Positions 1-10,212 of a stretch of DNA of 32,883 nt are shown piece by piece. Location: positions 9,244,692 to 9,277,574 of the forward strand of contig NW_003526941.1 in assembly GCF_000181795.1 (NCBI RefSeq), written 5' to 3'. Made by a program: the position numbers and the translations under genes. The notes below the pieces were generated by a model that did not search any database, was not told the DNA's origin, and was given only the letters and a program-made list of their open reading frames with translations. The DNA comes from Trichinella spiralis. Lineage: Eukaryota. Within the stretch, counting starts at the first letter, position 1. The number at the start of each line of letters is the position of its first letter.

Positions 1-1247
1 CTCAGTGATCGATCCAGAGATTGTTTCAGTAGAATACCTTGACTTTCGACGTGCAATTCGAGGTGGATGTGTCTTCTGGACCACCAGCTGGATTTGTTGC
101 AAAATGCCAAATAATAAGTGCCCGAGGTGGAGCATTTCAGTTGGCCCGACTCGGGTACAAATTTCGCTGCGAAACGTAGCAACGGATAGACCATTTCCAA
201 TTTGTCCAAATCGGTCGGCTTGGTGGGCAATTTCTGCTCGCCGGAGGCGGGTTTGAAAAAAATGCCAAACATCAACGCGCTGTCGGTTGTGAATCTCCAC
301 TGCAAAGTCCAGCCCGCCTGACATTCCACTGGTATCAGATGTCGACGTCTGGCGTTGACGTGAAAATGATGCGCCTCGTCGGCCAAACGTTTCACCTCGA
401 TCCGGTGTTCACAACTGCCCGGAAGTGGATATTTGGACGGTATTGTTTCGAAATTTTGACGTGCTTTGTTCGTACCGCCCATCGATTCTGGGACCACTTC
501 CGTCGGCAATTCTTCCAACAACGTTGCCATGTAGTTGTGGTTGAGCACTCGGAAACGGTCGCCGAAATCTTTCGGCATTGTACTTTTCACCAGTCGGTAG
601 GGCAGGCTGATCCATGTCGGCGCGTTGATCAAGTTGATCGGCTGCACAAGATCCGGGTAGTGTTCGTAGTGGAACAAATTTGCATAATAGCTCATCTGAC
701 CATCGTTGACAAACAGCAGCGTCAACGGATTGAACGGCCACTGTCGCAGATCGATGACCGCGTAGACGGTGCACTGGTGACCAGTGGCCGCTTCGCGCTC
801 GTTGACCATGCGAAGCATTTGTTCGTATTTCCAAAAGTGATAAACTAAGACGTCGGTACTTTTTTGCGTGTACAACAATGCCGACATGTCCAACGTGCTG
901 TAGTCGACCCACCAGAGGAAAAAGTGGCCACTGGCTATCCATTCGAAATGGCCTTTGGGCAAAAGTTGGTGCTTGTATATTGGATTTTCGTCCCAAGTGG
1001 GCAGTTGGTCGTCGTTCAAATTCAACGCTTGACGAAATTTCAAATGATGACGCAAATTTTTCTCGGCCAAATCGACGTTACCTTTGGAACGGGATACTTT
1101 GTCAGCGCTGGACAACCAGCGGGCGAGGTTGAATTCCGTATCGTATCTGGCCGGCAGGATGGAACCGAGCCGTTGGCGTAATTCGGCCACGAGCTCCAAT
1201 TTGCCGGCTTCCAGTTGAACTTTGCGGTTCTGCTGGCGACGTACCAT
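1..1247 (-). CDS. SEC14-like lipid-binding protein (CRAL-TRIO N-terminal + CRAL-TRIO + C-terminal GOLD domain); 3' end runs off the window
   Basis: Hand translation from ATG 1247 is open for 415 codons to base 1. It is missing from the ORF track because no stop lies in the window. Motifs: 'ELRQRLGSILPARYDTEFNLARWL...AEKNLRHHLKFRQ' (CRAL-TRIO_N), 'VYAVIDL', 'HYPDLVQPINLINAPTWISLPYRLVK' and 'VPESMGG' (CRAL-TRIO), and 'GWTLQWRFTTDSALMFGIFF...VPESGQLKCSTSGTYYLAFCNKSSWWSRRHI' (GOLD). An acceptor TTTCCAG lies 18 nt upstream of the ATG, so an upstream exon or trans-splice site is possible. Confidence 0.9.
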   Translation of the reverse strand, partial: MVRRQQNRKVQLEAGKLELVAELRQRLGSILPARYDTEFNLARWLSSADKVSRSKGNVDLAEKNLRHHLKFRQALNLNDDQLPTWDENPIYKHQLLPKGHFEWIASGHFFLWWVDYSTLDMSALLYTQKSTDVLVYHFWKYEQMLRMVNEREAATGHQCTVYAVIDLRQWPFNPLTLLFVNDGQMSYYANLFHYEHYPDLVQPINLINAPTWISLPYRLVKSTMPKDFGDRFRVLNHNYMATLLEELPTEVVPESMGGTNKARQNFETIPSKYPLPGSCEHRIEVKRLADEAHHFHVNARRRHLIPVECQAGWTLQWRFTTDSALMFGIFFKPASGEQKLPTKPTDLDKLEMVYPLLRFAAKFVPESGQLKCSTSGTYYLAFCNKSSWWSRRHIHLELHVESQGILLKQSLDRSL

Positions 1248-3061
1248 TTGGGTGGGGCGGGTCGGCTGGAAATATATTTATTTCTTTCCCTTTGATTCTC
1301 TTCTCACACCGACCGACCGAATAGAACAAAACAACTAACTCTCGACTCGAAGTAGGATTGTCAGTCACGCTCGTCGCTTCAATGCATTTCAGGCTTGTTC
1401 GACCTGTGGAACCGCCGGCGGGCTCGAATTCTAGCCCGCCAAAGGCGACACCTGGCGAGTAAAGTTTTTGCCAATCGTTTTTGAGCTGACAAATGGCAGT
1501 TGGTTGAATTGTCGGCCAATGACACCACGATTCGGGTGTCGTTTCAAACAAATAGGCCGATAGACGGTGGGTTTGGGTCGCACGCCGGCTGCAACGGCTA
1601 CCAGTTTGTTCGAATCGAAACCCTGACCCTGATTCGTTGGTGCCACCGCCCGCTCTCACCCGACGACAACACTACGTCGTTTCCTTTTTCCACTCCTCAA
1701 TATTTTATGCAAATTTTTTTTTCACTTTGCATAAACAAAGCGCGAACATTTTCCATATACAAAACCGACTAAACTTTGTTGTTGTTCTTGTTGTTTAATT
1801 TTAATTTATTGTTATTAATAATTTATCATTTTCTATGTCAAATTGAAAAAATTTCACTCGATTACTATCGATCAATTATTGTCAAATGTCAATACAAATT
1901 TGGCCAGATTGTAGAAAAAAAATTTCCACACTCCCACGCAATATGAATGACACATTATTTGTTTGTTTGAAAACTGATAATCACAAATTTGATAAGAAGA
2001 AATGGCAATTTTGAAAATTTATTTCTTCAACTATTATTATTTTCCTTTTTGAATTTTATCCATCAAAATGAACAATTATCAATTTGCACTCGTTTTAAAA
2101 ATATGCAAATCGATTTTGTTCGCTCGGACGAAAATTTGCATCTCACAACACGACGTATATATATAATTTATTGGAAAATTTATTTTCTTCTATCATCATT
2201 TCATCTACTCGTGTGACGTCAAATGGTGTTTTGACGACAACTTGGACGAAATGTTGGCGGTCACGTGATGACTATGTTGAAATGGAATCAAAACGATGAT
2301 TGACCATTTTTTGAATTGCGGAGATGTTTTTTTTTTTTGCATGCAGATTTCAAAAACAAGACATTTTTCACAATTTGAAATTTTTTGAATATTGAAATTT
2401 TCTGTCAACTGCGATGATGGCATTTTCAAGCTGAAAACAAGCGAAATGAAATGCAAACATGTTTTCATAGATTTTTATTATTCTTTTTTTTATTTTGCAT
2501 TTCACAGCGACAATAATCAGAAAGAAATATGATTGGGCGTTTTGGAATTTTTCCGCTGAACGATACGTGAGATTATTGAAATGAAATTTTTTTGATAACA
2601 ATTTGCCATATGAACATTGATGTGTGCAGTTGTTCCGGCTTTTGTCATCGCCATTTGTTGTTCATTTACGCAAATTCACTTCTCTTCCTCTGAACAACTG
2701 CCTCATTTTAACAATATCAGAAATTTCTTTCATTTCTTATTTCTGTAAATTTAATAAATCCATATTTTATCCTAAATATAAAGTTATATTTATGTAGTTT
2801 TTTTTCAGTTCGGTTGACGAGAGCTGTTATGTTGTCGAAATTAGAACATCAAATTGATGGTTTATGAGATGAAAGTACACTGATCGACTTGGCATTGGTA
2901 AAGTAGGATCGAATGAACCGGAAAAACCCTAAAAAGATAAAGATGTTTGAAAGAAGGGTAATTTTGGAGGATTTGCAACACCCCTGGCGTGTTGAATACG
3001 TCATCAAAATCGACAAACGCATGCGAAATGGTGATATGAAACAAAAATCTATTCCTGAGCT

Positions 3062-6000
3062 ATGATTATTGTAAGTAACGTATTAGTTTTATTTAATTAT
3101 TCAATTTTGTTAATTTTTAATAATTTTTAAACATATTCTATGTTCATTCAATTTCTTCTTAATAAAGTTTAAATTAAAATTACAGTATAACCTAATGATG
3201 GTTATGTAATATTAATATTATTTAAAGTTGTTTAAAAATATATTTTAAAGTTTTTGACAATTTGCCCCTGAACTGATCTGTTTGCTTTATTATCAGAAAT
3301 TTCTCTTGATAAGAATGACATCGTTGAAGAGTATTATTTTTTTTCTTTGTGTTCTTTGCAAATTTATTAAAAAAATTTTTTTTGTTCATAGACGATTCGG
3401 AATCTTCGGAAGATGAGCCAAGGAAAGAAGAGAACAACAGTTCGGCCGGCATGCAAATTCCAATTGCATTTTTCGGCGAACTCTATCTGCACAAGAAGTA
3501 TTTGATTCCCCGATGGAAGCGGGTAGTTTGATTGTTTTTATTTGAGCGTCAATAATTAATTCATTATTTGTTGTTTAATTAATTAATTTTTTTGCAGTGC
3601 TTTTTTATTTTGGAGAATGGTTTGATGAAGATTTATCGTCGGGCTGCGGATGTAAAAATTACCGAATTATTACTACTTTAGACGACTGTTTTGACAATTT
3701 TTGTATTGTTTTTTCATTCTTTCTTTTAGCCGTTTCGTGTCAAGCGTGAAATTCGTGTTTTCAACTTGTCAAATTGCAACATAACTTATTCGAAACCTCG
3801 TCGTCGTGTGATCCTGGACGACGGCAGTGAAATTGTTCAAATGAAAGTAATTATGGAAATTGAAAAGCAAATTTCATCTCATTTTTTTGAAATTTAAATT
3901 ATACAGATGAAAAACGTGGATCGATTTGTCAACTTTTTGCACTTGATATTCAAGCACCAAAATTACGCTCAAAAGTTGCGTGAAACCCAAGCTGAACTTT
4001 TGGAAAAAATGTCCAACAAAGACTATTTTCCTTCTGGAGAACGTAAGAGAAAATGTTATTTTTTTGAAATTTTATCAAATAACCAATCAACAATTTTTAA
4101 TATTTCAGCTGTCAACAGTATGCAAATTTTGTGCTCACGAATGGACGAATTTGTGATAGGGTTGCAGAATGCGGCTGCGGTTACAAAATCTCTCACAGTA
4201 AGTTGACAATTTTTTCAACTTACTGTAATGTTTTCTTTTTGCAAAATGTTTTTTTTCGTTTGTTTAGGAAAATTATCTGCGATGTGTGACAGGAAAAAAG
4301 AATTCCAAAAGAAAAATGCGAGGAAAATTTCGAAAACTGACCGTAAGTTTTGTTGAATTTGATTTTTGTTTTTCTTTTGTTTGATTATTTAAATTTGAAA
4401 TTATTCAGAAAAAAATTAATTTGAAAAAAAGAGTTCTTAAGTCGGAAGAAATTGAACATCTCAAAGCAGTCAAAAGTGGCATGGACGAAGAAGATGCAGT
4501 ACATGAATTTATATTTTTTCAAAACAATTTCATTGCTTATGCGCAACACTGTAAATGAAATTTTTGTAATCAATATTTGATATGGTCAGGTTGTTCGTTT
4601 TAGTTAATATTAATGCGAAAAAGTATTTGAACCAAATTCAAACTGAAAAACGCCATTCTACAGTAAGTATAAATTTTAAAGCGACAGTTTGTTTTAAAAT
4701 TGGAAATGTTTAAATTTGAAACTTTTTCTTTAAACCAAATAGGAAGTTGGCGGCATAATTCAACCTTTAGCGTTTGACGCGGAAATGCTGAATGAAGTCG
4801 GCGATGTGACAACATCTGATGAAGAATCTTCGGATATATTGGACGAAGATGACTGTGGTGATGTGAACAAAGATTTTGCCATGCCAGACGTGAAGCCACC
4901 CAGTCGTATCAGTTTGCCTGCGACAGTGCAGAGCATTAACATTTCGATTTGGAATTTGTTCAGGCAGTGTATTGGAAAATCTCTGATCAGCATATCATTA
5001 CCAGTGGCAGTTTTTGAACCGTTGAACGTTTTGCAAGTTCTTTGCGAAGAGATGGAATATTCAAATTTGCTTGACCAAGCTAGCGAAGAGCAGAATCCCT
5101 ATCGACGAATGGTATGAATTTTATTAATAATTATGTTGTTGTTGAATTTTGTTTATTTTTTTTCAGGCTCTTGTGTGTTGTTTTGCAATGTCGCGCTACT
5201 GTAATACAATATACCGTACTGGACGAAAGCCGTTCAATCCTGTACTTGGAGAAACGTACGAATACATCAGGCAAGATTTGGGATGGAAATTCATTGCCGA
5301 GCAAGTTTCACACCATCCGCCAGTGAGCGCCTGCTATGCGGACAGTAAAAGCTGGCAAATGACAGAAACGTTGGGAGCTTCGGTGAAAATTTGGGGCGGT
5401 AGCTTGGAAATCAAGCCGGATATGTCGTTGCAGTTGATGTTGAAAAAGTCTCTCTCTCTCAATCTTGATCTTGATCATTTTCATTTCTGCATATTATTCA
5501 TGTCTTATTATTTTTATTTCAGACATGAAGAAATTTACACGTGGAACAAAGTGACAACCTACTTGCACCGATTAATCAGCAGTTCGCGCTATTTTGAACA
5601 TCAGGGTTTGATGAAGGTCAAATGTTACAAAGCCACTGGTGTCGTCGTTCATGCAGATGTATCTTTGAAACCAGTAAGCATTACAAAAAGTAAAAATATA
5701 CCAAGATAAATTGAAAATTTTATTTTATCCATATTCAGGATAGTACAAATACACGCGGTAATATTGCTGGAGAAATTTTCAACGATCAAAATAAACGCGT
5801 GCATGTTCTTTCTGGAAATTGGCATCAGGCGATCTATTTGGATTCTGAACGCATTTGGCAACCGAGTACGTGGTTGTTTACTTTTATTTTTTTATTTGTT
5901 TTTTTGGTTAATTTTAATTTTCTCCCACCAGCTCCATTGCATGAAGAAGCGGACAAATATTACGGTTTTACCAAATTTGCGTTGGGCTTGAACGAACTGA

Positions 6001-6420
6001 CCGAAGAGATGATACCCCAACTACCGCCGACTGATACTCGTTTCCGGAAGGATCAACGGTGCTAATTTTGAAACTTATATATTAATTTAAAATTTGAATA
6101 AATATATTTTTTTGAAGATTGCTCGAAAACGGTTACATGGATCAAGCGGCCGAGTGCAAACATCAAATTGAACAATTCAATCGTGACAAACGTAAGAAAA
6201 AAGCAATGAAATGCGAAGCGCACATACCAAAGTGGTTCGAGTAAATGTGTTTGAATTATTTTCTTTTTCTTCAACATTAAAATTAATGCAAATTATTTTC
6301 AATTATTCAAGTAAACAATTCAACTCGATGACGAAGAAAATTGAATATGTTTTCAACGGTGAATATTGGAAAGCTCGAGAAGAAAAGTTTAAAGATGTGC
6401 ATTTCGAACCAATCTGGTAA
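3062..6420 (+). CDS. Oxysterol-binding protein-related protein (PH + ORD), most like the ORP3/6/7 subfamily
   Basis: Phase-consistent GT-AG model: 3062-3070, 3297-3330, 3392-3522, 3598-3651, 3730-3846, 3907-4042, 4109-4197, 4268-4342, 4409-4550, 4604-4662, 4743-5111, 5167-5447, 5523-5673, 5739-5865, 5932-6058, 6118-6240, 6312-6420. PH domain 'GELYLHKKYLIPRWKRCFFILENGLMKIY'. ORD signatures 'KPFNPVLGETYE', 'EQVSHHPP', 'LPPTDTRFRKDQRLLENG' and 'YWKARE'. The start is uncertain: ATG 3062 or the in-frame ATG 3315. Confidence 0.92.
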
Positions 6421-6594
6421 CCACTCCAACGTGGAATATTATAAAAATTTATCACTCTATTTTTTTCACATTTAATATATATATATTGATAACTTTTATT
6501 TTTATAAAAAAACACCATTCATAAATTATTGATCAGTAATAATAATATTATTATTATTAATATTATTATACTGTTAGCAATGGAAATTTAAAGA

Positions 6595-7898
6595 TCAACA
6601 TTTTCCTTTCCTCTTTCGAGCTTCTGCTAGACGCTTTTTTTTCTTTTGTTCAATTCTTTGCTGGATATTCGCTTTTCTAACGTCTTGTTTTTTCTTGTTA
6701 ACACGTGCAACCGCCTCTTTGCGTTCTTGCCATTTTTTCTTTTTTGACGCTTTACGTTTTTCTTTCATTTTCAAGCCTTTTTTCAACATATTACGATCAT
6801 CCTGAAAATCATTAATTTTTGTAAATTATAATAAAAAATTGTAAACAAAAATATTTACTTTAATTTTTAAACCTTCAGCACGTTTAACTGCCGAATCCCA
6901 GATGAATTGTTGTTTGACTTTTTCAGCTTTTTTGGGATCATTCTTCTCCAACTCTTGAAGTTTCTCCTGCCTGCGTTCGACTTTTTCCAAAAGACGAGCA
7001 TAATCCCTTCCTGTGAATTTCTCTGCTGCAAATTCAGCGTCACCTTTCTGCTTCTTCTTTTTCTTCTTATTTTTATGCTTCACTTTGAAGCCGGTCACTT
7101 TGGCAAATTCAAATTTATTGTACGAAACCTCTGCTTTTCCACTTTTCACTTCATTCACTTTGTTCAACGCACCATTATTCGTTTTATTATTACTATTATT
7201 ATTCTTATTCTTATACCTATCAGTAGTAGTAGCAGTAGTAGTATTCATTTCAGCTAGCTTTTTCTTGTCACCCTCTTTATTAACAGTTTTACCATTATGC
7301 AATTTTTGCTTTGATTTCAATTTACCATTTTCCTTTTTCACATTTGCTCTTTTTTTATTTGATTTCTTCGATATTTTCTTGTATTTGAGTTTTTGCATAA
7401 TCGCATCATCTTCTAAAAATGAAAACACACTTATCCATATTCATAAAATGGAAAAGAAAAAAAGTTCAACTTTTCGATTCTTCCGTTAATTTTTCCCACT
7501 TTTCAAACTTTTTCAACTGTTTCTGATCAATCATATTCTCTTCAGATTCTAGCAGTTTTTCAGGATTGGCTTTTTCCAACTTTTCCCATATACTGGAAAT
7601 TGTGTAGCGAAAATGGTCGTTTAAATATTTCAAATTTTCCCACTTTGCGCGGCTCACTCGTTTCCCTGAAACAATCGTACAACAACATCTACTGATCAAT
7701 CTCAAAACGGTTACAGTGAATATTCACACCATTTTTTGACATCGCATTTGCTCTGGCAATGCGATCGTCACGTAAATAATGTACAATCGAACTATCGAAA
7801 CCGTAATGATCAGGATGAATCAGATCAATTGCATTTTGAAAATAATCGTCCAACTCTTCCACAGACTTGAGCAAATCATTGTTGTCTGAATTTTCCAT
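6595..7898 (-). CDS. SURF6: Surfeit locus protein 6 (SURF6/Rrp14 family nucleolar ribosome-biogenesis protein)
   Basis: Exons 7898-7730, 7665-7471, 7412-6859 and 6801-6595, all GT-AG and phase consistent. Lys-rich protein with the family C-terminus 'WDSAVKRAEGLKIKDDRNMLKKGLKMKEKRKASKKKKWQERKEAV...RKANIQQRIEQKK'. Confidence 0.88.
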
Positions 7899-8441
7899 GG
7901 AACTTGAAATAAATAAATAAATTATGCAAAAATTATATGACTTGAAATGTTTGGTATAGTGAAAAAAAATCAAAGCAACAACTGTTTGCATTCTTTGTAC
8001 AAATATTTTATCTTGGCCAAGCCAAATATACCCACCAATTAAATTTTATTATAAATCTAGTTTTTAAAATTAATTTTCAAATCCACTTTGGCATAATTTA
8101 ATTCATATTTACCCGAAAATAACGTTAAATGTCCAATTTAAGCCAGATTAATTGCATTTTACACAATACAGTACAAATCAAAACAATCAAGTAGTATTTT
8201 TTTGGTTGAAAGAAATTCTTTTTAATTATTAAACATTACAAATGGATTTATATAAAAATAAATTTGAAATTATTTCAACATATTTAATTTTCACTTTATT
8301 ATATAAATTATGCTTTAATACTTTTCATACTGTAAAATATAGTTATTGTTATGTTATTAAAAATTGAGCACTGTTTGTTAGATTGATTATATCACAGTTG
8401 AAGTTTCAGATTATATAGAGTTAATTTGAATTAGAAAACTT

Positions 8442-8807
8442 ATGAACTTTACTTGTCGTTGCTGCTTGGCAGTATCCAGGCAGTGGAATTCGTTTGTAAA
8501 TGGCGTGCTGAAGAATAACAGCTCGGGTGTTTTTGGTTGTTTTCGTGAAGAAGCGAATTTATTCTGCACAATTTCTCGTGAGAATGGCGTGGAAGAGAAA
8601 TCAACCCCCCAAGAGCAATCGCAGAAAGTAAAGCCGGATGTTCCGTTGGAAAAATTGATTGGTCCGCAAAAGCAGAAGGTGGTAAGTCGAATACCGAATT
8701 GGCCGGATGGTGTAAATCCGCATACGGGTGAAATTGGAGGGCCAGCTGGAGTGGAGCCGACTCGATTTGGTGACTGGGAACGTAAAGGTCGTGTAAGCGA
8801 TTTTTGA
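8442..8807 (+). CDS. SDHAF4: Succinate dehydrogenase assembly factor 4 (Sdh8/DUF1674), mitochondrial
   Basis: Single-exon 121 aa ORF ending in the diagnostic 'NPHTGEIGGPAGVEPTRFGDWERKGRVSDF'. The N-terminus carries Arg and lacks acidic residues, which fits a transit peptide. Acceptor-like TTTCAG upstream and AATAAA at 8863. Confidence 0.93.
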   Translation: MNFTCRCCLAVSRQWNSFVNGVLKNNSSGVFGCFREEANLFCTISRENGVEEKSTPQEQSQKVKPDVPLEKLIGPQKQKVVSRIPNWPDGVNPHTGEIGGPAGVEPTRFGDWERKGRVSDF

Positions 8808-9287
8808 AGCCTCTTCAAGCATGATATCAATATATTATTGTATTTCTTGCCGTTGTTACTTGAATAAAATGAATATAATTCGCTGTGGTTGTTGAATAAA
8901 AGTTTTCAACAAATTAATAGTAAATTATCGTTCAATTGTTTCATATAATTTACCATGTATGTGTATTGTTATCATTGAAAAAACGGCTTATAAAGCATGT
9001 AAGCCGATGAAAATTGTTTTTAACTCGCATTAATTGAATTTTGTTCATTCAAAATTTCAAGTTTCTTAAAAAGTGAAACTGAAAATTTTCCTGTTGTTTT
9101 AAAATTTTCAAATGATCAAGTTTGATTAATAATTGTCGAATGAAAAAATTAATAAAATTTTAATTTTAACGTTGGAAAAATGTAAATCAATCAAGTTGTC
9201 ATAATTATCATAGTGATGTTGTTTATTTTTAATAACAAACTTTAAGATAAAATAGTTTGAAAGTGAATTGCAAAGATTGATACAGAT

Positions 9288-10006
9288 TCAATAAAGCATC
9301 CCTGCATAGCCTGACAGTGGATTGTAACTAGCCAAAGTTTGGCTGTTGATGTAATTTTGTTGCCCGTGTAGTAGAGGTTGCAAAAATCCGGCGGTCGGCG
9401 GCATCGAAATTGGCATGCCGTAAATGGAGCCCGCCAGGACCGGCCGATAGCCACCGCCCCAAAAGCGCACATTTCCCGGATCCGGGTACAACAAGGCCGG
9501 CGAATTGATCAACGGATTCTGCAATGTAAACAAAAATTTGATAGCCGTTCGATGCAAATTTTTTCTTTTCGCCCCTCTTATCGGCCAAATTCGATTAAAA
9601 CCGTTTTATTGAGCCGAGAACGTCGCTAGTTTTGGTAAGCAGCTCTCAACGAGCGGATTGCACAAAGTTTCACACCCTTCCACGACGATGAAACGGTGAA
9701 AATGTTCGAAAAGAATTATTTCCCAACAAAATGTAAGTGTTTGTTTGTTTGTTTGTTGTTATTCTTATTTGCATGAATAAATTGTTTTAAAAATGTAAAT
9801 TACCACACTTACCAACATTCCGAAACCAGGAACTAAACGTTTGACGCGGTTGTGCATTTCCGAATGGTCAAATCTTGAAACAAGTAAATAATTTAATGAG
9901 GGAATTTGAATTTTTTCAAAAAAAATATATATTACAAGGGTAAGGTGTTGCAGAGGGTCAGCATTGTGCACAGCACGGTCACCAGTGTAATACTGTTCGA
10001 TGGCAT
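9288..10006 (-). CDS. Small secreted prepro-protein B (120 aa), family not recognised; paralog of the adjacent gene A
   Basis: Exons 10006-9936, 9873-9813 and 9518-9288, with GT-AG introns in phases 2 and 0. Product: MPSNSITLVTVLCTMLTLCNTLPLFDHSEMHNRVKR/LVPGFGMLNPLINSPALLYPDPGNVRFWGGGYRPVLAGSIYGMPISMPPTAGFLQPLLHGQQNYINSQTLASYNPLSGYAGMLY*. Hydrophobic signal-like N-terminus and an RVKR site. AATAAA on the minus strand at 9227-9222. Confidence 0.8.
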
Positions 10007-10212
10007 GGTTGGGGGTTTGTGAAAAAGGCGTGGCTTGTGGGGACTGTTTAAAACCGTTCCAGTTCACACCGACGACCCGCATACGTCAGGTCAGGGTAAC
10101 CTGTTTAACCATATTCTTGCGCAAGCGCTTGACCCGAAAAAGCGGTGCTTTTTGTCATTTGCTTTCAAAAATTTTTTTTTAATTTTAATATCAAAAAAAT
10201 TGAAATTAATTA

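Noticed and set aside
5..1181. Several + strand ORFs and the 195 aa - strand ORF in the ORF track
   Set aside because: They are antisense or off-frame shadows of the SEC14-like CDS.
6907..7489. Hydrophobic + strand ORFs (116 and 158 aa) that look like membrane proteins
   Set aside because: They are antisense to the Lys/Asn-rich SURF6 exon; the Phe/Leu richness mirrors AAA/AAT codons.
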